This document shows positions 27,664 through 37,899 of a stretch of DNA of 64,000 nt, in pieces. Where the stretch lies: IMG/VR virus record IMGVR_UViG_3300028393_000048, positions 1 to 64,000 of that record. The stretch is one strand, 5' to 3'. Under the pieces are notes generated by a model. That model did no database searches. It was not told the DNA's origin and was given only the letters and a program-made list of their open reading frames with translations. Each line of letters opens with the position of its first letter. The stretch's first letter is position 1. The stretch comes from an uncultured virus (IMG/VR IMGVR_UViG_3300028393_000048) (Duplodnaviria > Heunggongvirae > Uroviricota > Caudoviricetes). The position numbers and the translations under genes are program-made.

Positions 27664-28878
27664 ATGTTCAAGTTAAAAGAATCAAAGATTTTTAAACATA
27701 CAGATAAAAATAACGATCTTTATGCTCATTCATCAGGAAGTGAATTTAATATAACTCGTTATATTTCATTGACTTATAACTCATCTGTATCATTTTTTTT
27801 CATTGATGAAAAATTTAATGAAGACATTTTTGAATATCTTTTAAATAATTCAAAATTAATTAAATTCAGTTCAACTGGGAAATTAACTCAGATGAAAGAA
27901 AATTACAAACATTTTAGAGGTGGTACTTTTTGGTTTAAATATAAAGATATTTATATTAAACTATCTGCAAGTGGTCAAGATGACGATAATGTAACAATGG
28001 ATGTTGGTGGATTGCCATTTAAGTTTGATGAAGATGAAAAAGCTAGAAATGATAAAAAAATCTTATTAAAAAAGTTTGATTTAATGATTGCAGCACCTGC
28101 ACAGGTGCAAGATTATCATTTTGAAGACTTTGAAAATTTTATAGTTAAAGAAGAAGGATCAAAGGTTCATCTTTTTATTAAAAATCAGTATGGTGATTTT
28201 GCATTTGAACCAATTTCAGTTAGTGTACCAGAAAATATTGATTTAGAATTAAATTATGGATCTAAATTTTTAGATATTGATAAAACCATTAAGGATAGAC
28301 TAACTAATAATAAAAGTGGATTATTTATGTTTCATGGTTTGCCAGGAACTGGAAAAACTACATATATTAAATATCTTGCTGGGCAAGTTAATAGAGATTT
28401 TATCTATATCCCAACAACAATGGTTGAGACTTTTACATCTGATCCGAATTGTTTAAGTATGCTTATTCAAAAACCAAATTCAATTATTATTTTGGAAGAC
28501 GCAGAAAAAGCAATTATGAAAAGACATGGTGATGGTATGGATTCATCTGCTGTTTCTTCGCTTCTTAATTTGTCTGATGGAATTATGAGTGATATTCTAA
28601 AGACTTCCGTTATATTGACTTATAACTGTCCAAAGAACGAAATTGATTCTGCTCTCAGAAGAAAGGGTAGATTACAAGTTGATTATGAATTTGGTGCGCT
28701 ACCTATAACTGATGCAAAGAAATTAGCAAAAACTTTGAAGTATAGTAAAAAAACCATTGATAAAATTACAAAAGCAATGTCTGTTGCAGACATTTATAAT
28801 TTGGAAAAGGATGTAGATTTAAACGAGGAAAAAATAAAAGATGACAAAGAAAGAATCATTGGATTTGGAAAAACCTAA
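27664..28878 (+). CDS. AAA+ ATPase
   Basis: Walker A GLPGTGKT, Walker B IIILEDAE, LLN.SDG, arginine finger ALRRKGRL. Confidence 0.9.
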   Translation: MFKLKESKIFKHTDKNNDLYAHSSGSEFNITRYISLTYNSSVSFFFIDEKFNEDIFEYLLNNSKLIKFSSTGKLTQMKENYKHFRGGTFWFKYKDIYIKLSASGQDDDNVTMDVGGLPFKFDEDEKARNDKKILLKKFDLMIAAPAQVQDYHFEDFENFIVKEEGSKVHLFIKNQYGDFAFEPISVSVPENIDLELNYGSKFLDIDKTIKDRLTNNKSGLFMFHGLPGTGKTTYIKYLAGQVNRDFIYIPTTMVETFTSDPNCLSMLIQKPNSIIILEDAEKAIMKRHGDGMDSSAVSSLLNLSDGIMSDILKTSVILTYNCPKNEIDSALRRKGRLQVDYEFGALPITDAKKLAKTLKYSKKTIDKITKAMSVADIYNLEKDVDLNEEKIKDDKERIIGFGKT

Positions 28879-29665
28879 TTTTAATAGTTTAATAACACTG
28901 TTAGATGCATTTTCAGATATTAAGTTTTTTGAAAAAGGTCATTATTATGAAATAGACGGAGTACGAGCAAAGAAGTCTGTTTCACAGCTTATTAAAAAAT
29001 ATGAAAAGCCTTTTGAAAAAGAAAAAATTGCTTCTCATATTGCCAGACGAGATGGCAAACCCGTTGAAGCTATATTGGATGAATGGAAATATAATGGTGA
29101 TTATTCATGTCATAAAGGTAGCGAATTTCATTTAATGGTTGAGAATTTTTATGAGAGAAGAACTATACCAATTGATAAACAAGCAGCGATTGAACTCATA
29201 AATAAAAGTGGAGGAAATAATAATTTAGAAAACTATTATACCGAAATGGCATTGTTAATTAAAAACTTTAGAAACTTTTACGAATGGTGGAAACAAGATC
29301 ATATTCTTTTAAAATCTGAATTTGTGATAGGTGATAAAGAAAAGAAAGTTTGTGGAACGATTGATAATCTTTCGTTTAATAAGAAAACAGGTAAGCTTGT
29401 ATTATTTGATTATAAGACAAATAAAGAAATAAAAACCAAAGGTTATAAAGATGAAATGTTATTGAAACCGTTTGATCATATCCCAAATTGTGAACTTTCA
29501 AAGTACAGTATTCAACTTTTATTATACAAATTAATCATTGAAAGAAACTCACCATTTGAAGTTGGTGAATGTAATATTGTTTGGGTTGCTGGTAAAGAGG
29601 ATTATGAATTGATAAATATTATTGATCTTGAAAAAGAAGCAAAGCATCTTTTAGACAATGTATAA
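28841..29665 (+). CDS. PD-(D/E)XK exonuclease (Cas4/RecB-like fold)
   Basis: H.Y, SVS, GSEFH, E, GTID, DYKT, Y..QL..Y. Confidence 0.85.
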   Translation: MTKKESLDLEKPNFNSLITLLDAFSDIKFFEKGHYYEIDGVRAKKSVSQLIKKYEKPFEKEKIASHIARRDGKPVEAILDEWKYNGDYSCHKGSEFHLMVENFYERRTIPIDKQAAIELINKSGGNNNLENYYTEMALLIKNFRNFYEWWKQDHILLKSEFVIGDKEKKVCGTIDNLSFNKKTGKLVLFDYKTNKEIKTKGYKDEMLLKPFDHIPNCELSKYSIQLLLYKLIIERNSPFEVGECNIVWVAGKEDYELINIIDLEKEAKHLLDNV

Positions 29666-29737
29666 ACACGATTTTTTATTTTTTAAAAAAAATTGTTGAA
29701 AATGGGATAAGTGAAGAGTAAATATTCAAAACAATAT

Positions 29738-30664
29738 ATGAAACAAGATCCTATCACATCAGCTTACCTCAAGGTAATCAATGAAAACGCATCTAACGGA
29801 AAAGTCGAAGGACAATCCTTAAAAGTGGGAGAACCTTTTGGTGATCCTAAAAATAAAGTAAATACCTCAAAGTTTTACGCAAAGTCTGGAACAGAACGTG
29901 TTGAAAAAGACATTGAATCCCCAGAAGAAGCACCTTGTGAATTAACAACTGATGGTTCAGAGTGTGAGCCAAAAGAATTAAAGAAGGGTGAAAAGTTAAC
30001 ATTAAAGGGTGAAGCAAAGAATCCTTTTGATGTATTATTTAACAAAATCATTTCAGAAGATTCATTTGATTTCGAGACAGGAGACAACACATTAAAGCCT
30101 GATAGTAACTTTGGTGGACCTGAGGGGATCGGTCATGCTTCTGGAGATGAAGATGAAGAAAACGAATTTGAAAGCGACGAAGATGAAGAGGGTGAAGATG
30201 AAGGTTTCGGAGAGGAAGAAGAGTCGGCAGAAGATCTTTTCGCACAGCTTAAAGAGTTAGTAGCTAAGATCGGAGAGAAACTCGGTGTTAGTGAAGAGGG
30301 TGAGGAAGAAGGTGAAGAAGAGAGCGAGGTTGGAGAAGACGGTCATGAGTTTGAAGACGAAGATGAAGACTACGAGGATGAGGAAGACGAAGAGAATCCT
30401 TTTGGTGAGGCAGTTGACGCAGAAGTTCTTGGACACGCACTCGTTGATCAGGAGAAGTTGGAAGCTGGACACACAAAGAAAACATCATTCACGGTTAAGG
30501 GTGCAGTTCCTGTTAAAAAGAAAAGTGCTCAAATTGTAAAGGGTAAGAAAGTCAATGGTAAGCCAGAAGATTTCAAAAACGAAGGTGGAATCAGTTCACT
30601 CCAAGGAAAAAACAATAACGTTGGCGGAGTAAAGACAGGTAGATCACATTTCGACCAAGAGTAA
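29738..30664 (+). CDS. Highly acidic late protein (scaffold/core-like)
   Basis: Long D/E tracts; TAAATA box; own terminator. Confidence 0.6.
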   Translation: MKQDPITSAYLKVINENASNGKVEGQSLKVGEPFGDPKNKVNTSKFYAKSGTERVEKDIESPEEAPCELTTDGSECEPKELKKGEKLTLKGEAKNPFDVLFNKIISEDSFDFETGDNTLKPDSNFGGPEGIGHASGDEDEENEFESDEDEEGEDEGFGEEEESAEDLFAQLKELVAKIGEKLGVSEEGEEEGEEESEVGEDGHEFEDEDEDYEDEEDEENPFGEAVDAEVLGHALVDQEKLEAGHTKKTSFTVKGAVPVKKKSAQIVKGKKVNGKPEDFKNEGGISSLQGKNNNVGGVKTGRSHFDQE

Positions 30665-30685
30665 AAAATAAAACAACAAAATCAT

Positions 30686-30712
30686 AAAAAGCCCTCTTCG
30701 GAGGGCTTTTTT
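30686..30712. terminator. Rho-independent terminator, potentially bidirectional
   Basis: aaaaagccctc-ttcg-gagggctttttt. Confidence 0.9.
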
Positions 30713-30729
30713 GTTGGTAAGTAATAGTA

Positions 30730-31140
30730 ATGAACTTTAAACAATTTGTATTAGAACAAAAGATGGGACCTTTGGCTAATGCTCAACATCATACAGATAA
30801 TCTAGGAGATTTACCTGATGGCAATTTAACAAGTAAAGACCCAAGCGCACATCTTAAAACCGTTAAACCAAGAGTTGCTAAATACAGAACGGATTCATAC
30901 TTTGACAATCCTAAAATTAAAAATGCAAAAAAAGGCGTACCACAAATTATTGGTTATGATGAAGCATTAAAAATGCTAAGTGATTTAGGCTTTGAAACAC
31001 CAGATCAAACTTTAAAAAGTATGTCAGCAGAAGGTAAGGTTATAAACAATAAAATAAAAAACGAAAAAACCAATCAACAACTTAGATTATATAAGAGTGT
31101 AAATCGTGCAACTAATAAACTTCAATTTATTTTAAAGTAA
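30730..31140 (+). CDS. Putative internal head protein
   Basis: MNFKQFVLE resembles the T4 capsid-targeting sequence; TAAGTA box. Confidence 0.55.
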   Translation: MNFKQFVLEQKMGPLANAQHHTDNLGDLPDGNLTSKDPSAHLKTVKPRVAKYRTDSYFDNPKIKNAKKGVPQIIGYDEALKMLSDLGFETPDQTLKSMSAEGKVINNKIKNEKTNQQLRLYKSVNRATNKLQFILK

Positions 31141-31141
31141 A

Positions 31142-31771
31142 ATGGAAAAGCTTCGTTATTTAAATAAAGAAATAAACCAGAATGAGAGAAATCTCTTTAG
31201 TAATTGGTGGAGAGAACAAATTAATATTTACGGTCAACAAATAAATTTCTTCACGAACAAATCTACTTTATCTGGTATGAATGTTCTTTATGGTGAAGAT
31301 CCACAGGCAGGATTTTTAGAAGGTCAACCTTTGGTTGTTTTATTAAACCTCAGTAACGATTCATATCTTTTATCAAAATTTGGTATTATTGCTGACAGTG
31401 ATTTAAATGGTGTTTTACACCCTGCTGATTTTAATGAAGTTTTTGGTGCTGGTAGTGAACCAAAACCAAGTGATCTTTTGCAGTTATCAGAATTTGGTAG
31501 TGATAGAATCAACTGGCCCAAACGTGGAGCTACTGTCTATGAGCTTACGGAGGTCATAGATGAGTTTGTTACAAATGCATTAGGTGGGCATTATGTTTGG
31601 TTTTTTAAAGCAAAAAGATACGACTACAGCTTCGAAGATGGATCGCCTGGTTCTGGTATTGGTAATAAACCAAACAATGATAATGATGCACTAGAGGCAT
31701 TGGCGGATTCTAACTTTAATTATGTTGAAGAAAATCCTTGTAGCAATACAAGTGTTTACGGTGAATATTAA
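31142..31771 (+). CDS. Neck/head-closure protein (gp14-like)
   Basis: E.INIYG, LYGEDP, LSKFGI..D, PKP.DL, YEL.EV. Confidence 0.7.
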   Translation: MEKLRYLNKEINQNERNLFSNWWREQINIYGQQINFFTNKSTLSGMNVLYGEDPQAGFLEGQPLVVLLNLSNDSYLLSKFGIIADSDLNGVLHPADFNEVFGAGSEPKPSDLLQLSEFGSDRINWPKRGATVYELTEVIDEFVTNALGGHYVWFFKAKRYDYSFEDGSPGSGIGNKPNNDNDALEALADSNFNYVEENPCSNTSVYGEY

Positions 31772-32043
31772 ACAAATTGAAAATCGTTTTTTTTAACTTT
31801 CTCTTCATGGTAAGCAACATCGATATTGTGCTCTTGTCTGAGAAGCTTTCTTAAAATTAAATCTTCGGTAGATTCGATATATTCTCTAATCTTGAGAGGT
31901 TTAAAGACAACTTTATCAAGAGGTATATTTTTATCTTCTGCACTATCTATAATCATGTTTATAGCTTCATAAAAGGCTATCCATCTTGCCCATTTAGCAG
32001 ACTCTTCGGTAATTACTCTCCAAGTTTTGTTATTCCTTTTCAT
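31768..32043 (-). CDS. Hypothetical protein
   Basis: ORF in a - strand run. Confidence 0.55.
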   Translation of the reverse strand: MKRNNKTWRVITEESAKWARWIAFYEAINMIIDSAEDKNIPLDKVVFKPLKIREYIESTEDLILRKLLRQEHNIDVAYHEEKVKKNDFQFV

Positions 32044-32470
32044 TGGTCGTTGTTTGAATAGATGCTGTTCCAATTGTAGTTCCAGTGTTTACGGGTTTGG
32101 TTACTCTTGCAACAACAAACTGAATAGTAACGGAATTCTTTTCGTTACACGATGAACAAGAAAACTCTGCTCTTTCATTCTGGTCTGGTACAAATGTCAT
32201 AACATTTGATGTATTACAATATGCACATTCTAATATTGTAGAAAGTGGTTCAAGAACTTCAAGTTCTTTTTGAATAGTTTTTTGAATCTGATGATTTTTA
32301 ATTATCGATGCAATAAAAGAAAACAAAACATATTGTATCACAAAAAACAAACTAAAACTTGCCCAGAAATTTCCACCAATAGATTTTATACCAAGCGAGG
32401 CAATAGTTGATATTACAATAACTGTAATTGTTGATTTTAAAAAATTCCAAGGAATACTATATTTTGACAT
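32030..32470 (-). CDS. Two-TM protein with C-terminal zinc ribbon
   Basis: CAYC...CSSC; TTGACA-N17-TAATAT-N6-ATG. Confidence 0.65.
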   Translation of the reverse strand: MSKYSIPWNFLKSTITVIVISTIASLGIKSIGGNFWASFSLFFVIQYVLFSFIASIIKNHQIQKTIQKELEVLEPLSTILECAYCNTSNVMTFVPDQNERAEFSCSSCNEKNSVTIQFVVARVTKPVNTGTTIGTASIQTTTNEKE

Positions 32471-32508
32471 ATACTAATATTAGTATATTTTTTATTAAAT
32501 GTCAATAA

Positions 32509-32994
32509 TTATCTTATTCTTATTTTAATAGTATTCTTTATTGGATCTGACTCAGGCTCTTTATATTCAGGTCCTTGAACAGGATTCTGAGATGGTTGGT
32601 CGCCAGCAATATTTACAACACCTGTTAAATGTGAACCAACCTTTCTAATTGCTAAGAGAGCTTTCTTAGAAAGCTTATAAAGCTTTATTAATTCATCTTT
32701 TTGATCACCTCTTATTGAGGGATTGTGTTTAACACAAGATGCCATCTTATCCATTGCAGTGGAAAGAAAAACAAAACTATCAGCTAAATCATCAACCACT
32801 GTTTGAAGGGGCCAAGGTATGCTGGCAATTGATTCGGGTGGAGGATTGGTTAAATCATCCTGTTTCTGGTAAGGGAAGTTTGCAGTATTTTTTGATGACT
32901 GTGGAACAAAGTCTTTTCTGGCTGGTGCACTGTATCCACCATAACTTTTGTTGGCAGTATCATAGACTTCTGTTATGACCTTCTCCAATTCCAT
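32509..32994 (-). CDS. Hypothetical protein
   Basis: 161 aa; N-terminal VITE. Confidence 0.55.
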   Translation of the reverse strand: MELEKVITEVYDTANKSYGGYSAPARKDFVPQSSKNTANFPYQKQDDLTNPPPESIASIPWPLQTVVDDLADSFVFLSTAMDKMASCVKHNPSIRGDQKDELIKLYKLSKKALLAIRKVGSHLTGVVNIAGDQPSQNPVQGPEYKEPESDPIKNTIKIRIR

Positions 32995-32997
32995 TAT

Positions 32998-33180
32998 TTA
33001 TTTTAAGTTACCAATTCTAACTAAATTATTGCATCTTGAGCAAGTCCAACGACATTCTTGAACAATGGCTTTTGTTTTTGGGTCTTGCTTTGGTGATACT
33101 TTACCCTGAACACTTGCTCCACAGAAGGTGCAAGCAATAGGGCGATTCTCTAGTATTTGATATTGAGGATTATTATTCAT
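32998..33180 (-). CDS. 60-aa zinc-ribbon protein
   Basis: CTFCG...CSRC; TAAGTA box. Confidence 0.6.
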   Translation of the reverse strand: MNNNPQYQILENRPIACTFCGASVQGKVSPKQDPKTKAIVQECRWTCSRCNNLVRIGNLK

Positions 33181-33190
33181 CGTATTATAC

Positions 33191-34045
33191 TTACTTACCC
33201 TCAGATGGTTTCCAATTGTCTTTATTAAAATCTTTTGGTTGATCTGCCAAATATAATTCTTTGAACTTATGAGTGATAAATCTACAAAGAACGGAACGAA
33301 CAATGTCTTCTTCCCCTAATTCCATGCAGAAAATACCTTGTTCTCTTGCTTCTTCGTTATCAAATAAATTATAAACTTTGTCAAAACCAGACTTACCATA
33401 AGGAAGATCCGATTGTTCTGGATCTCCACAAAGAAATACTTTTGAAAACTCTCCAATACGACTCATTAATGTATGAATTTCTTTTTTTGAAAAGTTTTGA
33501 ACTTCATCAGCACAAATAAATTTTGCAGAGAAATGAAGTCCTCGTGCAAAATTAATTGGACAAATTGTTAATCTATTGTCTTTCTGAAGCTTGTCTAATT
33601 GAGCTTTGCAGAGTAATTCCTCAAATTTATCATGGAAAGGTGTAAGATAAACGGCAATTTTTTCATCTAACGTGCCTGGCAAGAATCCAAGTTTTGAATC
33701 CGAAGACTCAACCGCTGAACGAACAAGAACCATATCAGAAACTCTTCTATTTTGAAGGAGAGTTAATCCACAATACATGGCAAGCGTTGTTTTGGAAGTA
33801 CCAGCGGGTCCTTTAAGTAAAAGAACCTTTGTTTCCTTATCTAAAAATCTTGCAATAATTTCTTTTTGTTTTGTTGTCCAAGGTAAATTTTTAATTGATA
33901 AATCAAAATTTATTTTATCTCTTTGAAAAACATAAGGAGAATTATCATCTTGTTTTCCTGCTTCATTGTTTGTTGTTATGTTACGAATTCTTCCAGATTG
34001 AGGTCTGTCAGAACCCTTTTTACTAGGGCGCATTTTTTTGCTCAT
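33191..34045 (-). CDS. phoH: PhoH-family ATPase
   Basis: GPAGTSKT, RSAVE, LGFLPG, RG, DEVQN, RIGE.SK..LCGD..QSD, DIVRS. Confidence 0.95.
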   Translation of the reverse strand: MSKKMRPSKKGSDRPQSGRIRNITTNNEAGKQDDNSPYVFQRDKINFDLSIKNLPWTTKQKEIIARFLDKETKVLLLKGPAGTSKTTLAMYCGLTLLQNRRVSDMVLVRSAVESSDSKLGFLPGTLDEKIAVYLTPFHDKFEELLCKAQLDKLQKDNRLTICPINFARGLHFSAKFICADEVQNFSKKEIHTLMSRIGEFSKVFLCGDPEQSDLPYGKSGFDKVYNLFDNEEAREQGIFCMELGEEDIVRSVLCRFITHKFKELYLADQPKDFNKDNWKPSEGK

Positions 34046-34068
34046 AAAAATTTAATATCTAAATGATA

Positions 34069-34512
34069 TTATTGTACTGCTTTATTATAGGTAGCAGCTT
34101 GATTAGTGTCGTTTGCGCTTGGATTGGTATTTGGCTGCTCTCCAGCCTTTGCCTTTTCGCTGTTTGTTTTTTGTTCTTGGGGTTGTATTGGTTGTAAACC
34201 AATTTTGGTTAAATATTCGGGAACACCTTGATGATGTAATATATTATTTACATGGGAAATATCGCTGTGTGCAGGATCTGTGCTTGCTAATTGTTGAACC
34301 AAAGTAGCTGGATCGTTTTGTTTAGAAGGATCTGTTTCGTTTGCTATTTCGGCTTGCTTTTCACCAAGTGCGCCAGTTATTTTAGCAACTTGTGGGTTGC
34401 TTTTATAAATTGTTTTAAGCGCATTATCTAATGGTGGATTATTTTTAATTGCATCTTCAACTCCACTTTCGGTTAAAAATTTGTTTATTATTTTGTCAAA
34501 TTGTTTGCTCAT
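34069..34512 (-). CDS. Putative internal head protein
   Basis: MSKQFDKIINKFLTE N-terminus; TAAGTA box. Confidence 0.5.
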   Translation of the reverse strand: MSKQFDKIINKFLTESGVEDAIKNNPPLDNALKTIYKSNPQVAKITGALGEKQAEIANETDPSKQNDPATLVQQLASTDPAHSDISHVNNILHHQGVPEYLTKIGLQPIQPQEQKTNSEKAKAGEQPNTNPSANDTNQAATYNKAVQ

Positions 34513-34531
34513 AATATTATTATACTATTAC

Positions 34532-34801
34532 TTACCAATCTTTACAAGCTTGATACTTTGGTGTGCCTGGCTTTGCACTTGAACACTTGTGTCTAGCACG
34601 AAATGATTTTCTTCTTTTTGGATTATTCTTTCCAACTCTTACACCAGCTTGACCCCAATGGATTCTTTTGTATCCACCTTTTGGATTCTTAACACACTTC
34701 ATCCACTTTTTGCCTTTTCTTGTTGAATGCGTTTTTTGTGTTGTTTTTGTGCAATTTGCTTCTTCTAATATTGAAGCTACAGCTAAATCAAATTTACTCA
34801 T
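34532..34801 (-). CDS. Small basic protein of large T4-like phages
   Basis: KK....VKNP......HWG.......NPKRRKSFRARHKC........Y.ACK.W. Confidence 0.7.
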   Translation of the reverse strand: MSKFDLAVASILEEANCTKTTQKTHSTRKGKKWMKCVKNPKGGYKRIHWGQAGVRVGKNNPKRRKSFRARHKCSSAKPGTPKYQACKDW

Positions 34802-34883
34802 CGTGCAAATACTTACCATCGTAATCAAATAAAAAAAGATTTTGTAAAAAGTGGTATTTCGTAGGGTAAATACATTTAGAAAT

Positions 34884-37313
34884 ATGTCTACTTTAACTTT
34901 AACATCACCAGGTGTGCAAATCAGCGAAACTGATCTTAGCGTAATATCAAGACCAATCGGAGCAACGGATATCCTTATAACTGGATTCACAAACTACGGA
35001 CCAACAGAAGAATTTGTAAGAATTTCAAGTATTTCTGAATTTGAAGATACGTTTGGCGTTCCTACAAATGCAGCAGAACGATATCTTTATCACACAGCAA
35101 GACAGATTTTAAATACTTCACCAGGCAATCTTTTGGTAAACAGATTACCTTATGGTGATCAAGCAGGTCAGGGTTTTTCCAATACATATAGTGCATTAGT
35201 TTATCCAGTAACATTAGATACTAATACTACTGGAACATCAAATACACAATTTCAAAATGCATCAGCATATGTTTTAGGTGCACCAACATCTGTTCTTTTA
35301 ACAAATAATCAATTTAATCAATTACAATCTGGTAATATAACATGGTCAACAACACCATATGCTTTATCTTCCACGCAGATTGGTAGTGGAGCAACTTATG
35401 CAACACTTGCAGCGTTTTACACGGGTGCTAGTGCAGTTTCTTCAGACGTTACGAGTGTAAGTGCAATTTCACCAACTTTATCAGCAGTAACATGGTATTA
35501 TTCCAGTAGTGGATCATATGTAACATCTTCAATTACTCCAACTACAACAGATTCCGTATCTGCATTAGCTAATGCTGGATTAATTATTTTAAATACTTCA
35601 AAGAGAAGTATCGATAGTCTTTTCCAAGGATATTATGTTGGTGTTATCAGTAACCAGAATGTAAACCCATCAACAAACTTTACTTCGGTTACATCAATTC
35701 AAACGGCAGTATCAAACACGGGTATAGTTCAATCATATGCAACTGTTCCGCAAAGTAGACTTAATTTCCAATTAACCGCAGCATATGCAAATTTTGGAGG
35801 TACAAGTCTTTCACAGGTTATTGAGCAATATCCAACGGGATTCTCGTTTGCTTCAAAATCTTACAATGACAGTTTGGTCATTGGTCTTTTCAAAATAACT
35901 ACATCAAATTATAATAAAGATACTATATCTTTAAATTATAAGGTTGCTGAAGCTTATACTGGTTCGCTTTATGCAAATAGAACAATTCCAAATCCAAATG
36001 GTGGGGCTGCTAAGTCATTCTCGTTAGAAACAGTTGTTGATAATGCATCAAGAAATATTCAGGTTTTAATAAATCCATATATTTCAAAGGTTGGAAACTG
36101 GAGTAACACTACACTTGATGGAGTATATACTCCTCTCAAAACTGTTACCGTTGGTGCTGCTGCCCAAAGTTTATATCCTCTTGGTGTTTATGTATCAGAT
36201 ACCGATACATCAGCTGCTAAAGTTGGTAATATTCCTCTTAAGTTACAAAATGTATTAAATTCATTACAAAACAGTGATGAAATTAACTTGGATATAACTG
36301 CTGAAGCAGGTTTAGGAACAATCTGGGCAAGTTGCGCCTCATTAAGTGCATCTAATGCAAATAGTACTCTCCCTATCACATATGATGATACATACAATTA
36401 TCTTAATAGTGATCGCAACAATAAAGCAAATCTTTATAATACATCGAATGCTTCGGGTAGTACTGGGCAAGGTGCTGGATTTTATTATCAAGCAATTGCA
36501 AATCAGTTTATATCTCTCGCAAATGACACGAGAAAAGATCACGTATTCATCGCAGATCCTCTGAGACATATATTTGTAGTTGGTGCTAACCAAAAGACTT
36601 CGGCATTACCTGATTATGTGTTCTCTGATCACATATACTGGCCCCTTAACAACTTGTATTCACCTAATATCAGCAGTTATGTTGTAACTTATGGCAACTG
36701 GCTCAAATATAATGATACGTTCTCAAATTCACCAGTATGGCTTCCTCCATCTGGATATGTAGCAGGATTAATTGCTTCATCATCTCAAACATCATTCCCT
36801 TGGAGTGCAGTTGCTGGATTCAGCAGAGGTACATTATCAAATGTTACTGATGTTGCAATAAACCCAACACAGAAACAGAGAGATTTGCTTTACAAAGGTA
36901 ATATCAATCCGATTGCATATTTCCCAAATGAAGGTTATGTGGTATACGGACAGAAGACTCTCTATCGCACACCATCAGCTTTTGATCGCCTTAATGTTCG
37001 TAGACTTTTCTTAACCTTGGAAAAACAAACACAGGCTTTATTAAAGTACTTTGTGTTTGAGCCAAATACATTCAGTACAAGAACAAGATTAGTCGGAGCA
37101 TTAAGACCAATATTTGATAATGCAAAAATCAACAATGGTTTATATGATTACCTTCTTGTTTGTGACGAAAGAAACAATACACCTTCAGTAATCGATTCAA
37201 ATCAATTAGCGATATCGATTTACATCCAACCAGTTAAAACCGCAGAGTTTATTCTCTGTGACTTTATCGCATCCCAAACAGGCGTTAATTTTAACGAAAT
37301 AGTTGGACAATAA
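34884..37313 (+). CDS. gp18: Tail sheath protein
   Basis: SPGVQISETDLS, GP.EE, WLPPSG, PWSAVAG..RG, RD.LY...INPI, VYGQKT, FDRLNVRRLF, FEPN, KTAEFI. Confidence 0.96.
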   Translation: MSTLTLTSPGVQISETDLSVISRPIGATDILITGFTNYGPTEEFVRISSISEFEDTFGVPTNAAERYLYHTARQILNTSPGNLLVNRLPYGDQAGQGFSNTYSALVYPVTLDTNTTGTSNTQFQNASAYVLGAPTSVLLTNNQFNQLQSGNITWSTTPYALSSTQIGSGATYATLAAFYTGASAVSSDVTSVSAISPTLSAVTWYYSSSGSYVTSSITPTTTDSVSALANAGLIILNTSKRSIDSLFQGYYVGVISNQNVNPSTNFTSVTSIQTAVSNTGIVQSYATVPQSRLNFQLTAAYANFGGTSLSQVIEQYPTGFSFASKSYNDSLVIGLFKITTSNYNKDTISLNYKVAEAYTGSLYANRTIPNPNGGAAKSFSLETVVDNASRNIQVLINPYISKVGNWSNTTLDGVYTPLKTVTVGAAAQSLYPLGVYVSDTDTSAAKVGNIPLKLQNVLNSLQNSDEINLDITAEAGLGTIWASCASLSASNANSTLPITYDDTYNYLNSDRNNKANLYNTSNASGSTGQGAGFYYQAIANQFISLANDTRKDHVFIADPLRHIFVVGANQKTSALPDYVFSDHIYWPLNNLYSPNISSYVVTYGNWLKYNDTFSNSPVWLPPSGYVAGLIASSSQTSFPWSAVAGFSRGTLSNVTDVAINPTQKQRDLLYKGNINPIAYFPNEGYVVYGQKTLYRTPSAFDRLNVRRLFLTLEKQTQALLKYFVFEPNTFSTRTRLVGALRPIFDNAKINNGLYDYLLVCDERNNTPSVIDSNQLAISIYIQPVKTAEFILCDFIASQTGVNFNEIVGQ

Positions 37314-37331
37314 AAGGATAAATATTAATAT

Positions 37332-37871
37332 ATGAGTGGAATACTAGACCAATACGGAATCGAAAACTTCTATAACACAGCCCAAGTAAATGACTTCGCA
37401 AGAACGAATTTATTCAGAGTAGTAGCACTAGGTGGAACAACCTTTGATACTAACGAGTTGCTTTATGTGACAACAACAACATTACCAGCAAAGGCAATTC
37501 AGAACGTTGAAGTGCCTTTCATGGGATTAAGATTTAACGTGCCAGGCACGGTGAATTATCCAAACAGTGCGGGATGGCAAGTAACATTCCGTTTACCACA
37601 AAATATTTCAATTCGTCAGAAACTTGAAGCATGGCAAAGATCAATTTTTGATGATTCAACAAGTACTGGTGCATATAATATTCCATCAACTGCTGCATCA
37701 AACCAAGTTGTTTTAGTTTTAATCGATAAGCAAGGTAATCCTCTTGAGACATATACATTATATGGTGCATGGTTACAGCAAATTGGTGAACTCTCATTGG
37801 ATATCACAGCTGCTGGAGATGTTCTCACACAACAGGCAACTATTGCATACCAGTATTGGAGAAATTCTTAA
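37332..37871 (+). CDS. gp19: Tail tube protein
   Basis: ARTNLFRV, TLP, VPFMG, W.VTF, LE.W, IAYQYW; follows sheath. Confidence 0.9.
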   Translation: MSGILDQYGIENFYNTAQVNDFARTNLFRVVALGGTTFDTNELLYVTTTTLPAKAIQNVEVPFMGLRFNVPGTVNYPNSAGWQVTFRLPQNISIRQKLEAWQRSIFDDSTSTGAYNIPSTAASNQVVLVLIDKQGNPLETYTLYGAWLQQIGELSLDITAAGDVLTQQATIAYQYWRNS

Positions 37872-37899
37872 TAATAAGAACTAAGGCATAAATATTATT

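Noticed and set aside
28841..29665. Cas4 as part of a CRISPR system
   Set aside because: No four-Cys Fe-S pattern, other cas genes or array; treated as a stand-alone exonuclease
29875..30539. Alternative-frame His/Leu/Arg-rich ORFs in the acidic gene
   Set aside because: Artefacts of GAA/GAG/GAT-rich low-complexity sequence
34802..34990. Extended, overlapping N-termini of 34532..34990 and 34851..37313 in the ORF track
   Set aside because: Late boxes and protein motifs favour starts at 34801 (-) and 34884 (+)
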